Below, piece by piece: positions 10,487 through 20,219 of a stretch of DNA of 64,000 nt. Below the pieces are notes generated by a model. That model had not been told where the DNA came from. It worked only from the letters and a program-made list of their open reading frames with translations, and did no database searches. The DNA comes from an uncultured delta proteobacterium (GTDB lineage: Bacteria; Desulfobacterota; Binatia; Binatales; Binataceae): contig CAWJET010000001.1 in NCBI GenBank assembly GCA_963842085.1, positions 1,225,565 to 1,289,564 on the forward strand, in the 5' to 3' direction. The first letter of the stretch is position 1. Every line of letters starts with the position of its first letter. Made by a program: the position numbers and the translations under genes.

Positions 10487-10753
10487 ATGCTTGGGTTCAA
10501 CCTGGACATTTGGGACTATGCGACGTTTGTCGCCATTTTCATCCAGGCCGCCGCTGCCGTTGTAGTGCTCGTTTTGCTTGCGGGATTGCCCGGTCGGATC
10601 GCGATCGGGGGGCATCATCCTGAAGCAGAAGCAGGTAAAATCATGGGCTGGGCAGGGTTTCTAGCCGCAGTTCAGTGGATCCAGGCCTTCATCTGGGCGT
10701 TCAAACCGACCGAAGGGTGGACATTCGACGCTTTCCTTCCGAAGAGCGAATAG
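10487..10753 (+). CDS. DUF3302-like small membrane protein
   Basis: TM helix then LPGRIA..HPEAEA..GW motif typical of DUF3302. Start at MLGFNLDIW chosen. Confidence 0.5.
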   Translation: MLGFNLDIWDYATFVAIFIQAAAAVVVLVLLAGLPGRIAIGGHHPEAEAGKIMGWAGFLAAVQWIQAFIWAFKPTEGWTFDAFLPKSE

Positions 10754-10964
10754 CTGAAGCAGCGGATCTCGCTCGGCTAGGTTGTGGTAAGCGGATGCCA
10801 GCCTCGGGGAATATATGCCGCCCCCCCTCCAACACCTCGGCCCGAGGGTTCTTTATAATGTGGGTGACGCGCCCCGCGAAACTAGTACGACCGGCAGTTG
10901 AGAAATTCGGCCTGGCGTGGTCGGTTAGTGCCGGTATTTCCGGCGGTTTGAAACCTCCAGTAGC

Positions 10965-11288
10965 TCAACTGAGAACCTCTCGCAAACCGTCCGACGAAGC
11001 CGTCTCGCGCGCTGCGGTTTGCCAGCGGTCGGCGAACTCCTCGGGCGCAGGGTCGCCGAGCGCACTGTGCGGGCGAACCTGGTTGTAATCTAGCCGCCAC
11101 TGCTCGAGCTTGTCGCGCGCGTCGGCCACAGTGAAGAAGACCTGTACGTTCAAGCACTCATCACGCAGCCGACCGTTGAACGATTCGACGAAAGCGTTCT
11201 GGGCCGGTTTGCCGGGTTCGATGTAATGCCACTCCAGTCGCCCGGTGGCCCAACGCAGCACTGCGCAGCTGGTGAGCTCGGTCCCGTA
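10965..11288 (-). pseudogene. IS3-family transposase OrfB, C-terminal part (interrupted)
   Basis: Resumes exactly at ..GTELTSCAVLRWA..GKPAQNAFVESFNGRLRDECLN..RPHSAL, the rve-core C-terminus. Confidence 0.75.
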
Positions 11289-11289
11289 G

Positions 11290-13046
11290 TACGTCGGGAA
11301 GCGGTCATGGCCGACGATTAACACTCCTGCGATGGTTGCGGTGCAAGCCCAACCTTTAGCGGGAGGATCTCCAGCCATGACCGAGAGCAACGATACGCCC
11401 CAACGCGTGACACTGGTAGCGGTGGACATCGCCAAGCACTATCACGATGTTCTTATCGAACCGCCGGCTCCGAAACGACGATGTCGGCTGCGACTGGCGA
11501 ACAATCTCGAGGATTTTGAGCACTTGGCCGGTTATCTGAGAGGGTTCAAGAGTTCGGTGTTGGTCGGCTTTGAAGCGACCGGGAACTATCATCGGCCGCT
11601 GGCGTATTTTCTCCACCGCCAGGGTTGCGAGCTGCGTCTGATTTCTACTCTGGCGCTGGCCCGTACTCGCGAAGCCATGCACAACTCATGGGATAAGAAC
11701 GATCCGAAGGACGCCCAAGTGATCCTCCATCTGTTGAAGACCGGATTGGCGCAGACCTGGCACGATCCAGTCGTCAACGGCATCAACGATATTCAGGAAC
11801 TCTCGAAGACCCATTTCCAGGTGACGCTGGCGCGGGTACGGGTCTGGCACACGCTGCGCAACCTCTATTTCCCGGAGATTGATCGCTTCGTTCGCTCGGA
11901 CCATAGCGTTTGGTTGATCCAACTGTTGGCCAGCTTTCCGACGCCGGCCTCGATTACCGCGTTGAGCGAAGAGGAGTTCCAGACGCGGGCGTGGAACCTG
12001 GTCGGCCGCAAAGTGAGCAAGCGGGCGCTGCTGGCGGAGATCTACACTGCCGCGAAACGGTCGATCGGTGTGCCGGTGGCGATCGATAGTGCCGCCATTG
12101 CAATGTTCCGCCTGGTTCTCGAGCAGTATTTGATCCTGCATCAGTTGCGTGAGCGGATCGCCGAACAGGCTGCGCTCCTGTTGGAAGGTAATTCCGATAG
12201 CCGGCGACTCATGACCGTGCCGGGCATCGGGCCGGCCAACGCCCTAACCATTCTTGCCGAGGCCGGCGATCTACGCCGCTTCCGGCACCATCGCCAGTCC
12301 CTGAATTTCTGCGGCTTGAACCTCTCCACCCTGCAGTCGGGTAAATCGCGTGGTCAGAGCCACATCTCGAAGTACGGCAATGCCAGGCTGCGTACCGCTT
12401 TGTGGATGGCGGCGCAGACCGCGGTCCGACTGCGGGAGAACAGTTTCCGTCGCAAGTTCGACAACTACGTTCGCGGCAATCCGCTCGATGCGGACCTCCG
12501 GCGTAAGGCTTACACTGCGGTCGCTGCCAAGCTGGCGCGAGTGATCTTCGGGTTGATCAAGCATCAGGTCGATTATCGGCCGTTTTTTGAACACCAGTTC
12601 CAGGTGGAGGAGCCCTCTCGTGCAAGTGCCGTTGGGGCGGTTTCGACCCCGTCGATAATGTTCGGGCCTTCCACCTGGGTTGGCATATCTGTTTTGAGTT
12701 CGGTGAGGACCACAGCGCTTGGCCTGCTGGATCCTGTGTTTACTATGGTGAGAGCCGCGCCCACACCTGAGGTGGAACCACTTGGATTGCCTGTTCGCAT
12801 CAGTACGGCTGCGTAGCAGTCCGGGAGCTTTAGCTCCCGCTAACTACCCACTCAGCCGCAGTGGCGGCGCCGGTCAAGGGCGGCGTCAGCCGGCGAGCTC
12901 CGCGAGCGAACCCTTGACGGTGCGCCGACACGGAGGCTACAGCGCCGGTTCACCGTCCCTAGACTATTGCGCAATCGTAGCCCACTGCTCGCTTCGCGAG
13001 CCCTCGCAGATGTGTGTTCGCTCCCGGCCATTGCTTTCTTACTTAG
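11290..13046 (+). mobile_element. IS110-family insertion sequence inserted inside the IS3 orfB
   Basis: Bounded by the two halves of the IS3 OrfB (SDNG | TELTS). No terminal IRs expected for IS110. Confidence 0.75.
11377..12816 (+). CDS. IS110-family transposase (DEDD_Tnp_IS110 + Transposase_20)
   Basis: VAVDIAKHYHDV.., GFEATGNYH.., ..TVPGIGPANALTILAEAGDLRRF..SGKS..ISKYGNARLR.. Start at MTESND. Confidence 0.85.
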   Translation: MTESNDTPQRVTLVAVDIAKHYHDVLIEPPAPKRRCRLRLANNLEDFEHLAGYLRGFKSSVLVGFEATGNYHRPLAYFLHRQGCELRLISTLALARTREAMHNSWDKNDPKDAQVILHLLKTGLAQTWHDPVVNGINDIQELSKTHFQVTLARVRVWHTLRNLYFPEIDRFVRSDHSVWLIQLLASFPTPASITALSEEEFQTRAWNLVGRKVSKRALLAEIYTAAKRSIGVPVAIDSAAIAMFRLVLEQYLILHQLRERIAEQAALLLEGNSDSRRLMTVPGIGPANALTILAEAGDLRRFRHHRQSLNFCGLNLSTLQSGKSRGQSHISKYGNARLRTALWMAAQTAVRLRENSFRRKFDNYVRGNPLDADLRRKAYTAVAAKLARVIFGLIKHQVDYRPFFEHQFQVEEPSRASAVGAVSTPSIMFGPSTWVGISVLSSVRTTALGLLDPVFTMVRAAPTPEVEPLGLPVRISTAA

Positions 13047-13595
13047 TCCGTTGTCGCTAACCACCATCCGTGGCAGTGCGCGCTCAGCTGTTAGCCGGTC
13101 CAGTTCGCGCACCACGCGCACCCCGCCCAGTGAAGTGTCCACCACCGTAGCCAGACATTCGCGGCTGAAGTCGTCGACCACGCATAGGATGCGGAAGCGC
13201 CGCCCGTCGCTCAGTGCGTCTGCCACGAAGTCCAGTGACCACCGTTGGTTGATCGCGCCCGGTAGCGTCATCGGCGCCCTGGTTCCCAGCGCCCGCTTGC
13301 GCCCTCTGCGCCGGCGTACCATGAGCTTTTCCTCGCGGTACAACCGATAGAGCTTCTTGCGGTTCAGCACGTGACCTTCCCTCTCCAGCAGCCAGCCCAG
13401 GCGCCGATAGCCGAAGCGTCTGCGCTCCGCGGCCAGCTCGCGCAGCCGCTGCCGCAGCAGCGAGTCGTCCGGCCGCCGCGGCCGATAGTTCATGCTCGAG
13501 CGATTGACTCCGACCAGCCTGCATGCGCGCACCTGGCTCAGCCCGCGCTGCTCGACCAATCGAGCAACTGCCGCCTTCCGCGCCACAGGTTTCAA
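13047..13595 (-). pseudogene. IS3-family transposase OrfB, N-terminal part (interrupted)
   Basis: HTH_21 and the start of the rve core (..RWSLDFVADAL..VVSDNG), then junk. The remainder is found at 10965..11288. Confidence 0.75.
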
Positions 13596-13858
13596 ACGTT
13601 TTTTCCGAGCAGGTCCTTCAGCGCCGCGTTGTCCAGCATCGACTCCGCCAGCAGCTTCTTCAGCCGCCGGTTCTCATCCTCCAGCGACTTCAGGCGGCGC
13701 GCCTCGGATACGTCGAGCCCGCCATACTTCGCTTTCCACTTGTAAAAGGTCGCGCTTGAGATCCCGTGGCGGCGGCCGACCTCCTCGGTCTTCGCCCCCG
13801 CCTCATGGTCGCGCAGCACCCCGATGATCTGCTCCGCGCTGAATCGGCTGCCTTTCAT
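13592..13858 (-). CDS. IS3-family transposase OrfA (HTH)
   Basis: 88 aa. ..GISSATFYKWKAKYGG.. plus a leucine-zipper-like tail, typical of IS3 OrfA. Confidence 0.85.
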   Translation of the reverse strand: MKGSRFSAEQIIGVLRDHEAGAKTEEVGRRHGISSATFYKWKAKYGGLDVSEARRLKSLEDENRRLKKLLAESMLDNAALKDLLGKNV

Positions 13859-13927
13859 TGTCCGTCTCCTTTCTGTCGACGGACTCTACCTCAATTCTGC
13901 TGGGCGTTAGGCGGGCAGGCCAGCGGT

Positions 13928-14290
13928 CTATGTACCCAAGTTTTTCATCTTGTTGGCTTTTATCGGTACCCGAGTCAGAAGTGTCGTTAGAATCAGGTGC
14001 AGGACGACCGCCGGCCACAGTAGTATGCCGTTCAAACCGCCCGCGAAGCCGACGTAGGCGAGATACAGCGTGACGGCCGCGCTGTAGGTCAACATGCCGG
14101 CCAGCGGCGGCCCCGGCCAGCACGCAATACTTAACGCGATCAGCGCGATACCGGCCACGCGGGCGGCCGGTACCGCAACGCCGGTAAGTTCCTCGCCGAA
14201 CAACAACTTCCCAACGAGCGACGGAACAATCAGCAACGCCACGCCAGTCGCCGCTTCGCCCATGGCGGCAAGAGTAAGCCACCTACTCAT
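13928..14290 (-). CDS. Hypothetical 4-TM membrane protein
   Basis: 120 aa, hydrophobic. Stop codon abuts the predicted IS3 end. Confidence 0.4.
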   Translation of the reverse strand: MSRWLTLAAMGEAATGVALLIVPSLVGKLLFGEELTGVAVPAARVAGIALIALSIACWPGPPLAGMLTYSAAVTLYLAYVGFAGGLNGILLWPAVVLHLILTTLLTRVPIKANKMKNLGT

Positions 14291-14303
14291 CGGCCGGTGC
14301 TAG

Positions 14304-16805
14304 CTAGTCCTTCGCGCGGGCCACCGCGTCCTCAATGGCCGGCATGTTCTTGCGATCCTGATCCGTGTACTGCGCCGGGCCCAGGTTGAAGGTCAGCTTG
14401 TCGATCTTGCCCGTGAACTTGAACGGACAATCATAACGATACTCGACGAGCGCAACCCCGGTTAGTGTATCCAACCCGACGTCGAAGTCTTCGTCTTCGG
14501 GGAACGTGATGGGAGTGGTGTGATCCATGTGCTTCTTATCCACTTCCTTGCCGTCCACCGATAGCACTCCCGTGCCGCCCTTGCCGAGGCCGGGGCCGTC
14601 GAGCTTGAAGTCGAACACGATCGTGTGCTCGCCGGCGCTCAGTTCCGGCCCTTCCCAAATCGTGCGCTTGAGATCGAGCAGATTGTAAAGGAACACGACC
14701 TTCCCGTGGCGGACTCCCATCTCACCCTTGGAGAGGAATAAGCCGTAGCCGCCGAAGCGACCGCCCTCGGTCACGATCATGCCTTCGGCGCCGCCCTCGG
14801 GGATGTCGACATTGGCGGTGATGGTGTAGTCCTTGTCCAGGATGTTCGGGGCGCTGCTCGGCGGCACGCCGCTCAGTTCGCCTGAATAGGTGAATGTGGT
14901 CCGTCCGGCTGTGGCGCTCGGGCGCTGCGTCAGGAAGCGAGCGAGGGTCGAGTTGTCGAGCGGGAGCACATCGTATTTCTTAGCCTGCTCATAGAAAACA
15001 TCCTGCAGTTGCTTGAGCTTGTCCGGCATCTTGTCGGCCAGGTCGTTGTACTCGGTGACATCTACATTGAGGTTGTAGAGTTCCCACTTGTAACCGGTAA
15101 TCACATCCGGCGGCGTGGCGGTGCTCAGCTCCCACGGAAGACTTACCGGCGTCGTCACCGCTATCCATCCGTCCTGGTAGATCGCGCGGTTCCCGAGCAT
15201 CTCGAAATATTGCGTCGTGTGGCGGGTTGGTGCGTCGGCGTTCTTCTTGTCCCACGTGTACACCATGCTCACGCCTTCAATCGGGCGCTGCTTGATGCCG
15301 TCGATTGTGTCGGGAGCCGGGATGCCGGTCACCTCGAGGATCGTGGGCACGATGTCGATGACGTGAGAAAACTGGCGGCGGATGCCACCGACGTCCGTGA
15401 TGTGGCCGGGCCATGACATGGCCATGCCATTGGCCGTCCCGCCGCGATGCGACGCGATCTGCTTCACCCACTTGAACGGGGTATCCATCGCCCACGCCCA
15501 GCCGGCCGCATAGAGGGGAAAGGTCCGATCCGATCCCCAGAAGTCGTACCAGAGAAACTGGTCCTTGACCGGCACGGCGACGCCGTTGAAGGTTGTGAAC
15601 TCGTTTGGCGTACCGTTGAGCATACCCTCGGCGCTCGCGCCGTTGTCGCCGCTTATATAGATGATCAAGGTGTTGTCGAGCTCGCCGAGGTCGTCGACGG
15701 CCTGGATGACGCGGCCGATTTCGTGGTCGGTGTATGCGAGGAACGCCGCATAGACGTCGGCCTGCTTGATGTACAGTTTTTTCTGCTCGAGGCTCAGGGT
15801 ATCCCACGCCGGAAGATCCTTCGGCCACGGCGTCAACTTGGCATCGGCGGGCATGATGCCAAGCCGTTTCTGGTTGGCAAAGATGGTATCGCGCAATTTG
15901 TTCCAGCCACCGTCGAACAGGTTCTGATCGCTGATCTTTTTAATCCACTCGGGCGTCGGATGATGGGGCGCGTGAGTACCGCCCGGAACGTAGTAGACGA
16001 AGAACGGCTTGCCGGGAGCGATCTCCTTGAGCTGCCTCATGTACTGGATGGCGTCGTCAGCCATCGCGGTGGTGAGATTCCAACCAGGGTGCCCCTGGAA
16101 GGGGTAGATGGCCGTCGTGTTGCGGAACAGGTTCGGTTGCCACTGGCTGGTGTCGCCGCCGATGAAGCCGTAGAAATACTCGAAGCCCATCCCGATGGGC
16201 CATTGGTCGAATGGCCCGGCCTGGCTCGCCTGGTAAAAGGGCGTGTTGTGGTCCTTGCCGAACCACGCGGTCGCGTATCCGTTTTCCTTGAGGATCTCGC
16301 CGATGGTGCCGGTATCCTTCCTTATAATCGAATCGTACCCCGGGAATCCGGTTGCCGCCTCGCCAACAACCCCAAAGCCGGCCACGTGATGATTTCGTCC
16401 CGTGATCAAGGCGGCGCGGGTGGGTGAGCATAACGACGTAGTATGGAACTGCGTGTACCGCAGCCCGCTGTTCGCAATGCGATCCAACGCCGGAGTCTCG
16501 ATGACGCCGCCAAAGGTGCTAGGCGCGCCGAAGCCTACGTCGTCGGTCATGATGAGCAGCACGTTCGGCGCACCCTTGGGCGGCACAATGCGCGGCGGCC
16601 ACCAAGGCGTTGACTCCGAGGCTCTTCCCTTGATCACCCCGCCGAATTTCGGATCGGGCGGCGGAAGTTGATTTCCGGGGATGGTCGTGGTGGCGTTAGG
16701 TGAACCCAACTCACCTGTGACTTCCTGCGCGAGGCAAGAGGATGAAGGAAGCGTAAAGGCTGCGATGCAAAGCGCTACGGCGACAACATGTCTGAGTGCA
16801 ATCAT
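14304..16805 (-). CDS. Arylsulfatase (type I sulfatase, large C-terminal extension)
   Basis: Sulfatase signature CSPTRAALITGRNHH (formylglycine motif). Start at MIALRHVVAVAL.. (signal peptide) with RBS AAGGAAAA. The longer ORF to 16973 lacks an RBS. Confidence 0.85.
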   Translation of the reverse strand: MIALRHVVAVALCIAAFTLPSSSCLAQEVTGELGSPNATTTIPGNQLPPPDPKFGGVIKGRASESTPWWPPRIVPPKGAPNVLLIMTDDVGFGAPSTFGGVIETPALDRIANSGLRYTQFHTTSLCSPTRAALITGRNHHVAGFGVVGEAATGFPGYDSIIRKDTGTIGEILKENGYATAWFGKDHNTPFYQASQAGPFDQWPIGMGFEYFYGFIGGDTSQWQPNLFRNTTAIYPFQGHPGWNLTTAMADDAIQYMRQLKEIAPGKPFFVYYVPGGTHAPHHPTPEWIKKISDQNLFDGGWNKLRDTIFANQKRLGIMPADAKLTPWPKDLPAWDTLSLEQKKLYIKQADVYAAFLAYTDHEIGRVIQAVDDLGELDNTLIIYISGDNGASAEGMLNGTPNEFTTFNGVAVPVKDQFLWYDFWGSDRTFPLYAAGWAWAMDTPFKWVKQIASHRGGTANGMAMSWPGHITDVGGIRRQFSHVIDIVPTILEVTGIPAPDTIDGIKQRPIEGVSMVYTWDKKNADAPTRHTTQYFEMLGNRAIYQDGWIAVTTPVSLPWELSTATPPDVITGYKWELYNLNVDVTEYNDLADKMPDKLKQLQDVFYEQAKKYDVLPLDNSTLARFLTQRPSATAGRTTFTYSGELSGVPPSSAPNILDKDYTITANVDIPEGGAEGMIVTEGGRFGGYGLFLSKGEMGVRHGKVVFLYNLLDLKRTIWEGPELSAGEHTIVFDFKLDGPGLGKGGTGVLSVDGKEVDKKHMDHTTPITFPEDEDFDVGLDTLTGVALVEYRYDCPFKFTGKIDKLTFNLGPAQYTDQDRKNMPAIEDAVARAKD

Positions 16806-16851
16806 GCGGGGGTTTTTCCTTCTAGACTTGGCAACAAGCTTCTCGTTGGGC

Positions 16852-17751
16852 TTACTCCCGACACTCGTTGAGGGGCGGGACCTTTCCGTTGAGCTGGACG
16901 GCCAGAGCGGCAGCCGTGCCGACAGGGGCGCCGACATAGATCGTCGAACCCGTTTTGTTAGTCGCGATGGCACCTTTGCAATATTTGAAGAAGGACTTGT
17001 CGCATGGGTAAGGCCCGAGGATCTGGTAGCTTTGGGCGTTGTCTCCAGTGGACTGGGTGATTGGGCAGGAACAGATGATCTGTCCTTTCGGCACCGGTTT
17101 GTCGAAGCCCGGGAACGTCGTCTCCTCGGTGCTTCTGAAGCATAGTCCGCCGTCGCACTGAGCGTAGGCGCCGCCCTCCTCGCCCTGGCAGGTGTAGACC
17201 GCGCCGCCTCCCTGAGGAGAGGCGATCGACTCAGGCAGGCTGTAGGTGCTGACCATGTATTTGTTGGCGGCGCCCGCGGCGTTGATCGAACAGACGTCTT
17301 CGTCCTTGCCCATCGGAAACGGCAGGCTGATGCTGTCGCCGTGCTTCACGTCGCACTGGCAGTAAGCGACGCCGTCGAACACATTGCAGCGCGCCGCGGC
17401 GCAAAGCGCGTAAGTCTGATCCTTGCAGATCTTGAATTGCGCGCCGGCCATCGCGTCGAGGAGTTTATCGAGGCAACCTTTGGAAAGCTGGCCCATCTTG
17501 TTCTGTACACAGCTCTTGATGCGTCCGACATCGGGCAGCACGTCCGAGCAGAGACTCCAGACGTCGCCGCCGCATGCTCGGACGATGCCCAAATCCTTGC
17601 TGAAGCCCTCCTGCGCCATCGAGGGGGCGGCCACGCCCACTATCAACATGAGCGCAACGGTCAACCCTGCGCCCGTCAGCCGCGTCCTCGCGGAACAAAG
17701 TCCTGACCACGTAGCCCCTTCCGCTTTCGATTTTTGGTCTCGATGCAGCAT
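16852..17751 (-). CDS. Cysteine-rich secreted hypothetical protein
   Basis: 299 aa. Signal peptide and ~22 Cys. RBS GGAAGGGA. Confidence 0.55.
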   Translation of the reverse strand: MLHRDQKSKAEGATWSGLCSARTRLTGAGLTVALMLIVGVAAPSMAQEGFSKDLGIVRACGGDVWSLCSDVLPDVGRIKSCVQNKMGQLSKGCLDKLLDAMAGAQFKICKDQTYALCAAARCNVFDGVAYCQCDVKHGDSISLPFPMGKDEDVCSINAAGAANKYMVSTYSLPESIASPQGGGAVYTCQGEEGGAYAQCDGGLCFRSTEETTFPGFDKPVPKGQIICSCPITQSTGDNAQSYQILGPYPCDKSFFKYCKGAIATNKTGSTIYVGAPVGTAAALAVQLNGKVPPLNECRE

Positions 17752-17803
17752 TGAATTCCCTTCCGTCCTTTTGGATACCTTTTAGACCCTTCGCTGTTAT
17801 TTC

Positions 17804-18370
17804 CTAGGGAGTCTGGTCCTGGATCTCAATGTTGATGCGGCGATTCTGAGCCCGCCCTTCCGGGGTGTCATTTGACGCGATCGGACGATATTGTCCGAAT
17901 GCCACCGCTGAAAGCTGATTTGGATCGAGCCCCTGAGCCACGAGGTAGCGAACCACGGAGATCGCACGGGCGGCGGAGAGGTTCCAGTTCGTTGGGAAAC
18001 GCTCGGAGAGCGGCGGCAGGATCGGCAAGTTGTCCGTGTAGCCCTGGATGACAATCTGTTTGCCGGAAACCCCCTGCAACGCCGGTACGATCTTATTCAA
18101 CTCCTGCTGTCCCTGCTGGTGTAGTTCCCATCCACCCTCGGGGAACAAAATGGCGTTAACCATCGTCACCTCCAATCGGTTCTGCAACTGTCTGACCTTT
18201 ACCTGATCGGAATTAACTTCAGAGTTGAGGCTCTGGTTGAGTTGCTGATAGGTCGAATTCAGATATTGGAGTTGCTGAGCCTGTTGGACCTCCTGATTGT
18301 ACTGTTGTTGGGGAACGCATCCTGTTATCAGCAATGAAGCGAGCAATGGAGCTAGTAGCTTGAGTTTCAT
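17804..18370 (-). CDS. OmpA-family lipoprotein (OmpA C-terminal peptidoglycan-binding domain)
   Basis: Lipobox LITGC. Q/N-rich coiled region. C-terminus ..GYTDN..NWNLSAARAISVVRYLVAQG.. Confidence 0.8.
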   Translation of the reverse strand: MKLKLLAPLLASLLITGCVPQQQYNQEVQQAQQLQYLNSTYQQLNQSLNSEVNSDQVKVRQLQNRLEVTMVNAILFPEGGWELHQQGQQELNKIVPALQGVSGKQIVIQGYTDNLPILPPLSERFPTNWNLSAARAISVVRYLVAQGLDPNQLSAVAFGQYRPIASNDTPEGRAQNRRINIEIQDQTP

Positions 18371-18388
18371 CTGATCCTCAATCCGTCG

Positions 18389-19339
18389 TTACGGCTGCGA
18401 GACCATGTAAACGACCTGGCTGCCGCTGTAGAAGGGTTTGTAGTAAACCCCGTTTGCCATGTAGTAAGTGCTTCCGTTGATCGTGGTCTCGAAAGCGCCA
18501 GGTGGGAGAGAGTAAACAGTCGACCCCATCGCTGGAGGCCCGTACGGGGCGGGCTGGTATCCATAGGGTGGGTAGTTCTCGACCACAGTTGTCGTAGGTG
18601 CTTTTGCTTGCGCATTCGCGGTTAGCATCGACCCGACCGCCATACCTCCGACCGCCCCCAGAGCGGCCGCACCGAGTGCCTCGCCGGTGCTCGAGCCGCC
18701 ATCGCTGCAGCAGTCGTTATACGGGCCGTAGTAGCCTCCGCCTCCTCCGTTGTAATTGGTATCGCCTACGTTGTTGTTGACTGTGTTCATCGTCGAATTG
18801 TGCATCGACTTTTCGGTCTGTTCGTTGTTCGCTTGCAGCGAATTGGCTTCGTTGTACTTGGACTGCTGCTGGGCCGTCTGATTGGTATTGTACGTATTGT
18901 AAGCGTTGCCATTGCCCTTCTGGTATTCGCTGGACGCTTGCGAGCTGCTGTTGGGATGGAACTCGTTTGACGATGACCCAGAACTGCTACTCGGGTGCTG
19001 CCACGAGCTGGAACCACCAGATGAATGACCCATTGACGAGCTACCGCTATGTCCGAAGCTACCGCCGCCGAAGCCATCACCACCGAAGCCTTTGAAGCCT
19101 CCGCCGCCTCCACCGCCGTGGAACCCCCCGCCTCCTCCACCTCCGCCACCGCCAAAGCCGTGGAACCCTCCTCCGCCTCCTCCACCAAAGTGACCGCCGC
19201 CTCCTCCACCAAAGCGACCACCGCCGCCGCCAAACCTTGCAGATGCTTGTGGCGCGGCGGCCAGGGAGATCGCAACCGCCATCATCGTTGCAACTGTGAA
19301 TGCGCGAGCCGTTCGCATGCCGCATATCGTGGTAATCAT
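18389..19339 (-). CDS. Gly-rich / Ser-rich / N,Q-rich low-complexity secreted protein with conserved Tyr-rich C-terminus
   Basis: 316 aa. Signal peptide, (G)nF(H/K/R) repeats, prion-like N/Q tract. Start overlaps upstream stop (ATGA). Confidence 0.6.
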   Translation of the reverse strand: MITTICGMRTARAFTVATMMAVAISLAAAPQASARFGGGGGRFGGGGGGHFGGGGGGGFHGFGGGGGGGGGGFHGGGGGGGFKGFGGDGFGGGSFGHSGSSSMGHSSGGSSSWQHPSSSSGSSSNEFHPNSSSQASSEYQKGNGNAYNTYNTNQTAQQQSKYNEANSLQANNEQTEKSMHNSTMNTVNNNVGDTNYNGGGGGYYGPYNDCCSDGGSSTGEALGAAALGAVGGMAVGSMLTANAQAKAPTTTVVENYPPYGYQPAPYGPPAMGSTVYSLPPGAFETTINGSTYYMANGVYYKPFYSGSQVVYMVSQP

Positions 19340-20124
19340 GGCTTCGACTCCTTACCCGTCAGAAACTCAATGCGCTTGAAGTCCTTGGGCACATCTGCCC
19401 GAAAACGGCTCGCCGATATTTTTTTTGGAAATTTCCAATCTGAAAGGAGTGCAATGTACTCAGGCGATCCCGGCAAGCTCCTGTAGTTAATCACGACCTT
19501 GCGAGGGATTGGCTTTCCCGAGCGATCGAGCCAGAGTTGAAAATCGGCTTTTGGCGATGAAAGAGCGATGTGATCACATTCTATTCCATTGACGTCTCCT
19601 ATTCCGACGTATCCGCCATAGGTGGTTTCCTTGCGAAGCAACTTGCATGTATCGCTCGCGGCGAGGTCGGACAGAGGAATCGTGAGGTTGTTCATCTCCG
19701 CTACCCGATCCAGCATTCCATCGATGACTGAAGGCACCGCAAGGGTCGTATAGACCATGCGCGAGGGGTCGAGGATGGTTAAAGTGCCGTCGCTGTACCA
19801 AAGCTCCTTGGCGCCCAGGTCGCTCTGGTAATCGACGGCGAGCTCGTCCGGCCGTTGAACGGCGAAGTCCATGGCGCCTGCGAACTGAACCTTCACGTTG
19901 GGAGGCAGAACCTGATCGAACATGATTTCGGCGTGGAAGCTGAACGCGTCAGCCGAACTCAGCGCCTGGCATGCCTTGGTCAACAGCTTGTCCGCGTATG
20001 GTGCAATGCCACTCGGCCGGGCGCTGGATGTCGACGTCGGTTCGGCGGCGAATGTCACACAATAAGCGCCGAGCATCGCGGCAATCAAAAACCCGAGGTT
20101 GACGATAAATACTTTGCTACGCAT
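19336..20124 (-). CDS. Periplasmic LolA-fold/DUF2092-like protein (putative)
   Basis: 262 aa. Signal peptide. RBS AGGTAAGAGG. Confidence 0.5.
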   Translation of the reverse strand: MRSKVFIVNLGFLIAAMLGAYCVTFAAEPTSTSSARPSGIAPYADKLLTKACQALSSADAFSFHAEIMFDQVLPPNVKVQFAGAMDFAVQRPDELAVDYQSDLGAKELWYSDGTLTILDPSRMVYTTLAVPSVIDGMLDRVAEMNNLTIPLSDLAASDTCKLLRKETTYGGYVGIGDVNGIECDHIALSSPKADFQLWLDRSGKPIPRKVVINYRSLPGSPEYIALLSDWKFPKKISASRFRADVPKDFKRIEFLTGKESKP

Positions 20125-20203
20125 GTTCGCCTCTTACCTGGATCTGATTTCTGTTTCCTATGCTATCTGGAACAACTGTCGCAAATTACACAACCAAGAG
20201 ATA

Positions 20204-20219
20204 TTGGACTTTGGTCCAA
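20204..20219. promoter_or_regulatory. TTGGAC-N4-GTCCAA element copy
   Basis: TTGGACTTTGGTCCAA, 80 bp upstream of the operon 20124 -> 17804. Confidence 0.5.

Larger units (their letters stand above)
10900..13925 (-). mobile_element. IS3-family insertion sequence (IS407-like ends?), disrupted by an IS110 insertion
   Basis: orfA (13592..13858) plus a split orfB (N-part 13047..13595, C-part 10965..11288). A6C slippery site at the orfA/orfB overlap. Ends approximate. Confidence 0.65.

Noticed and set aside
15009-16431. Several 100-330-aa ORFs inside or antisense to the arylsulfatase gene
   Set aside because: GC-driven spurious frames. The sulfatase frame carries the conserved catalytic motifs.
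14304-16973. Longer sulfatase start at 16973 (889 aa)
   Set aside because: The extension is Arg/Ser-rich without an RBS. The internal Met at 16805 has a strong RBS and begins a proper signal peptide.
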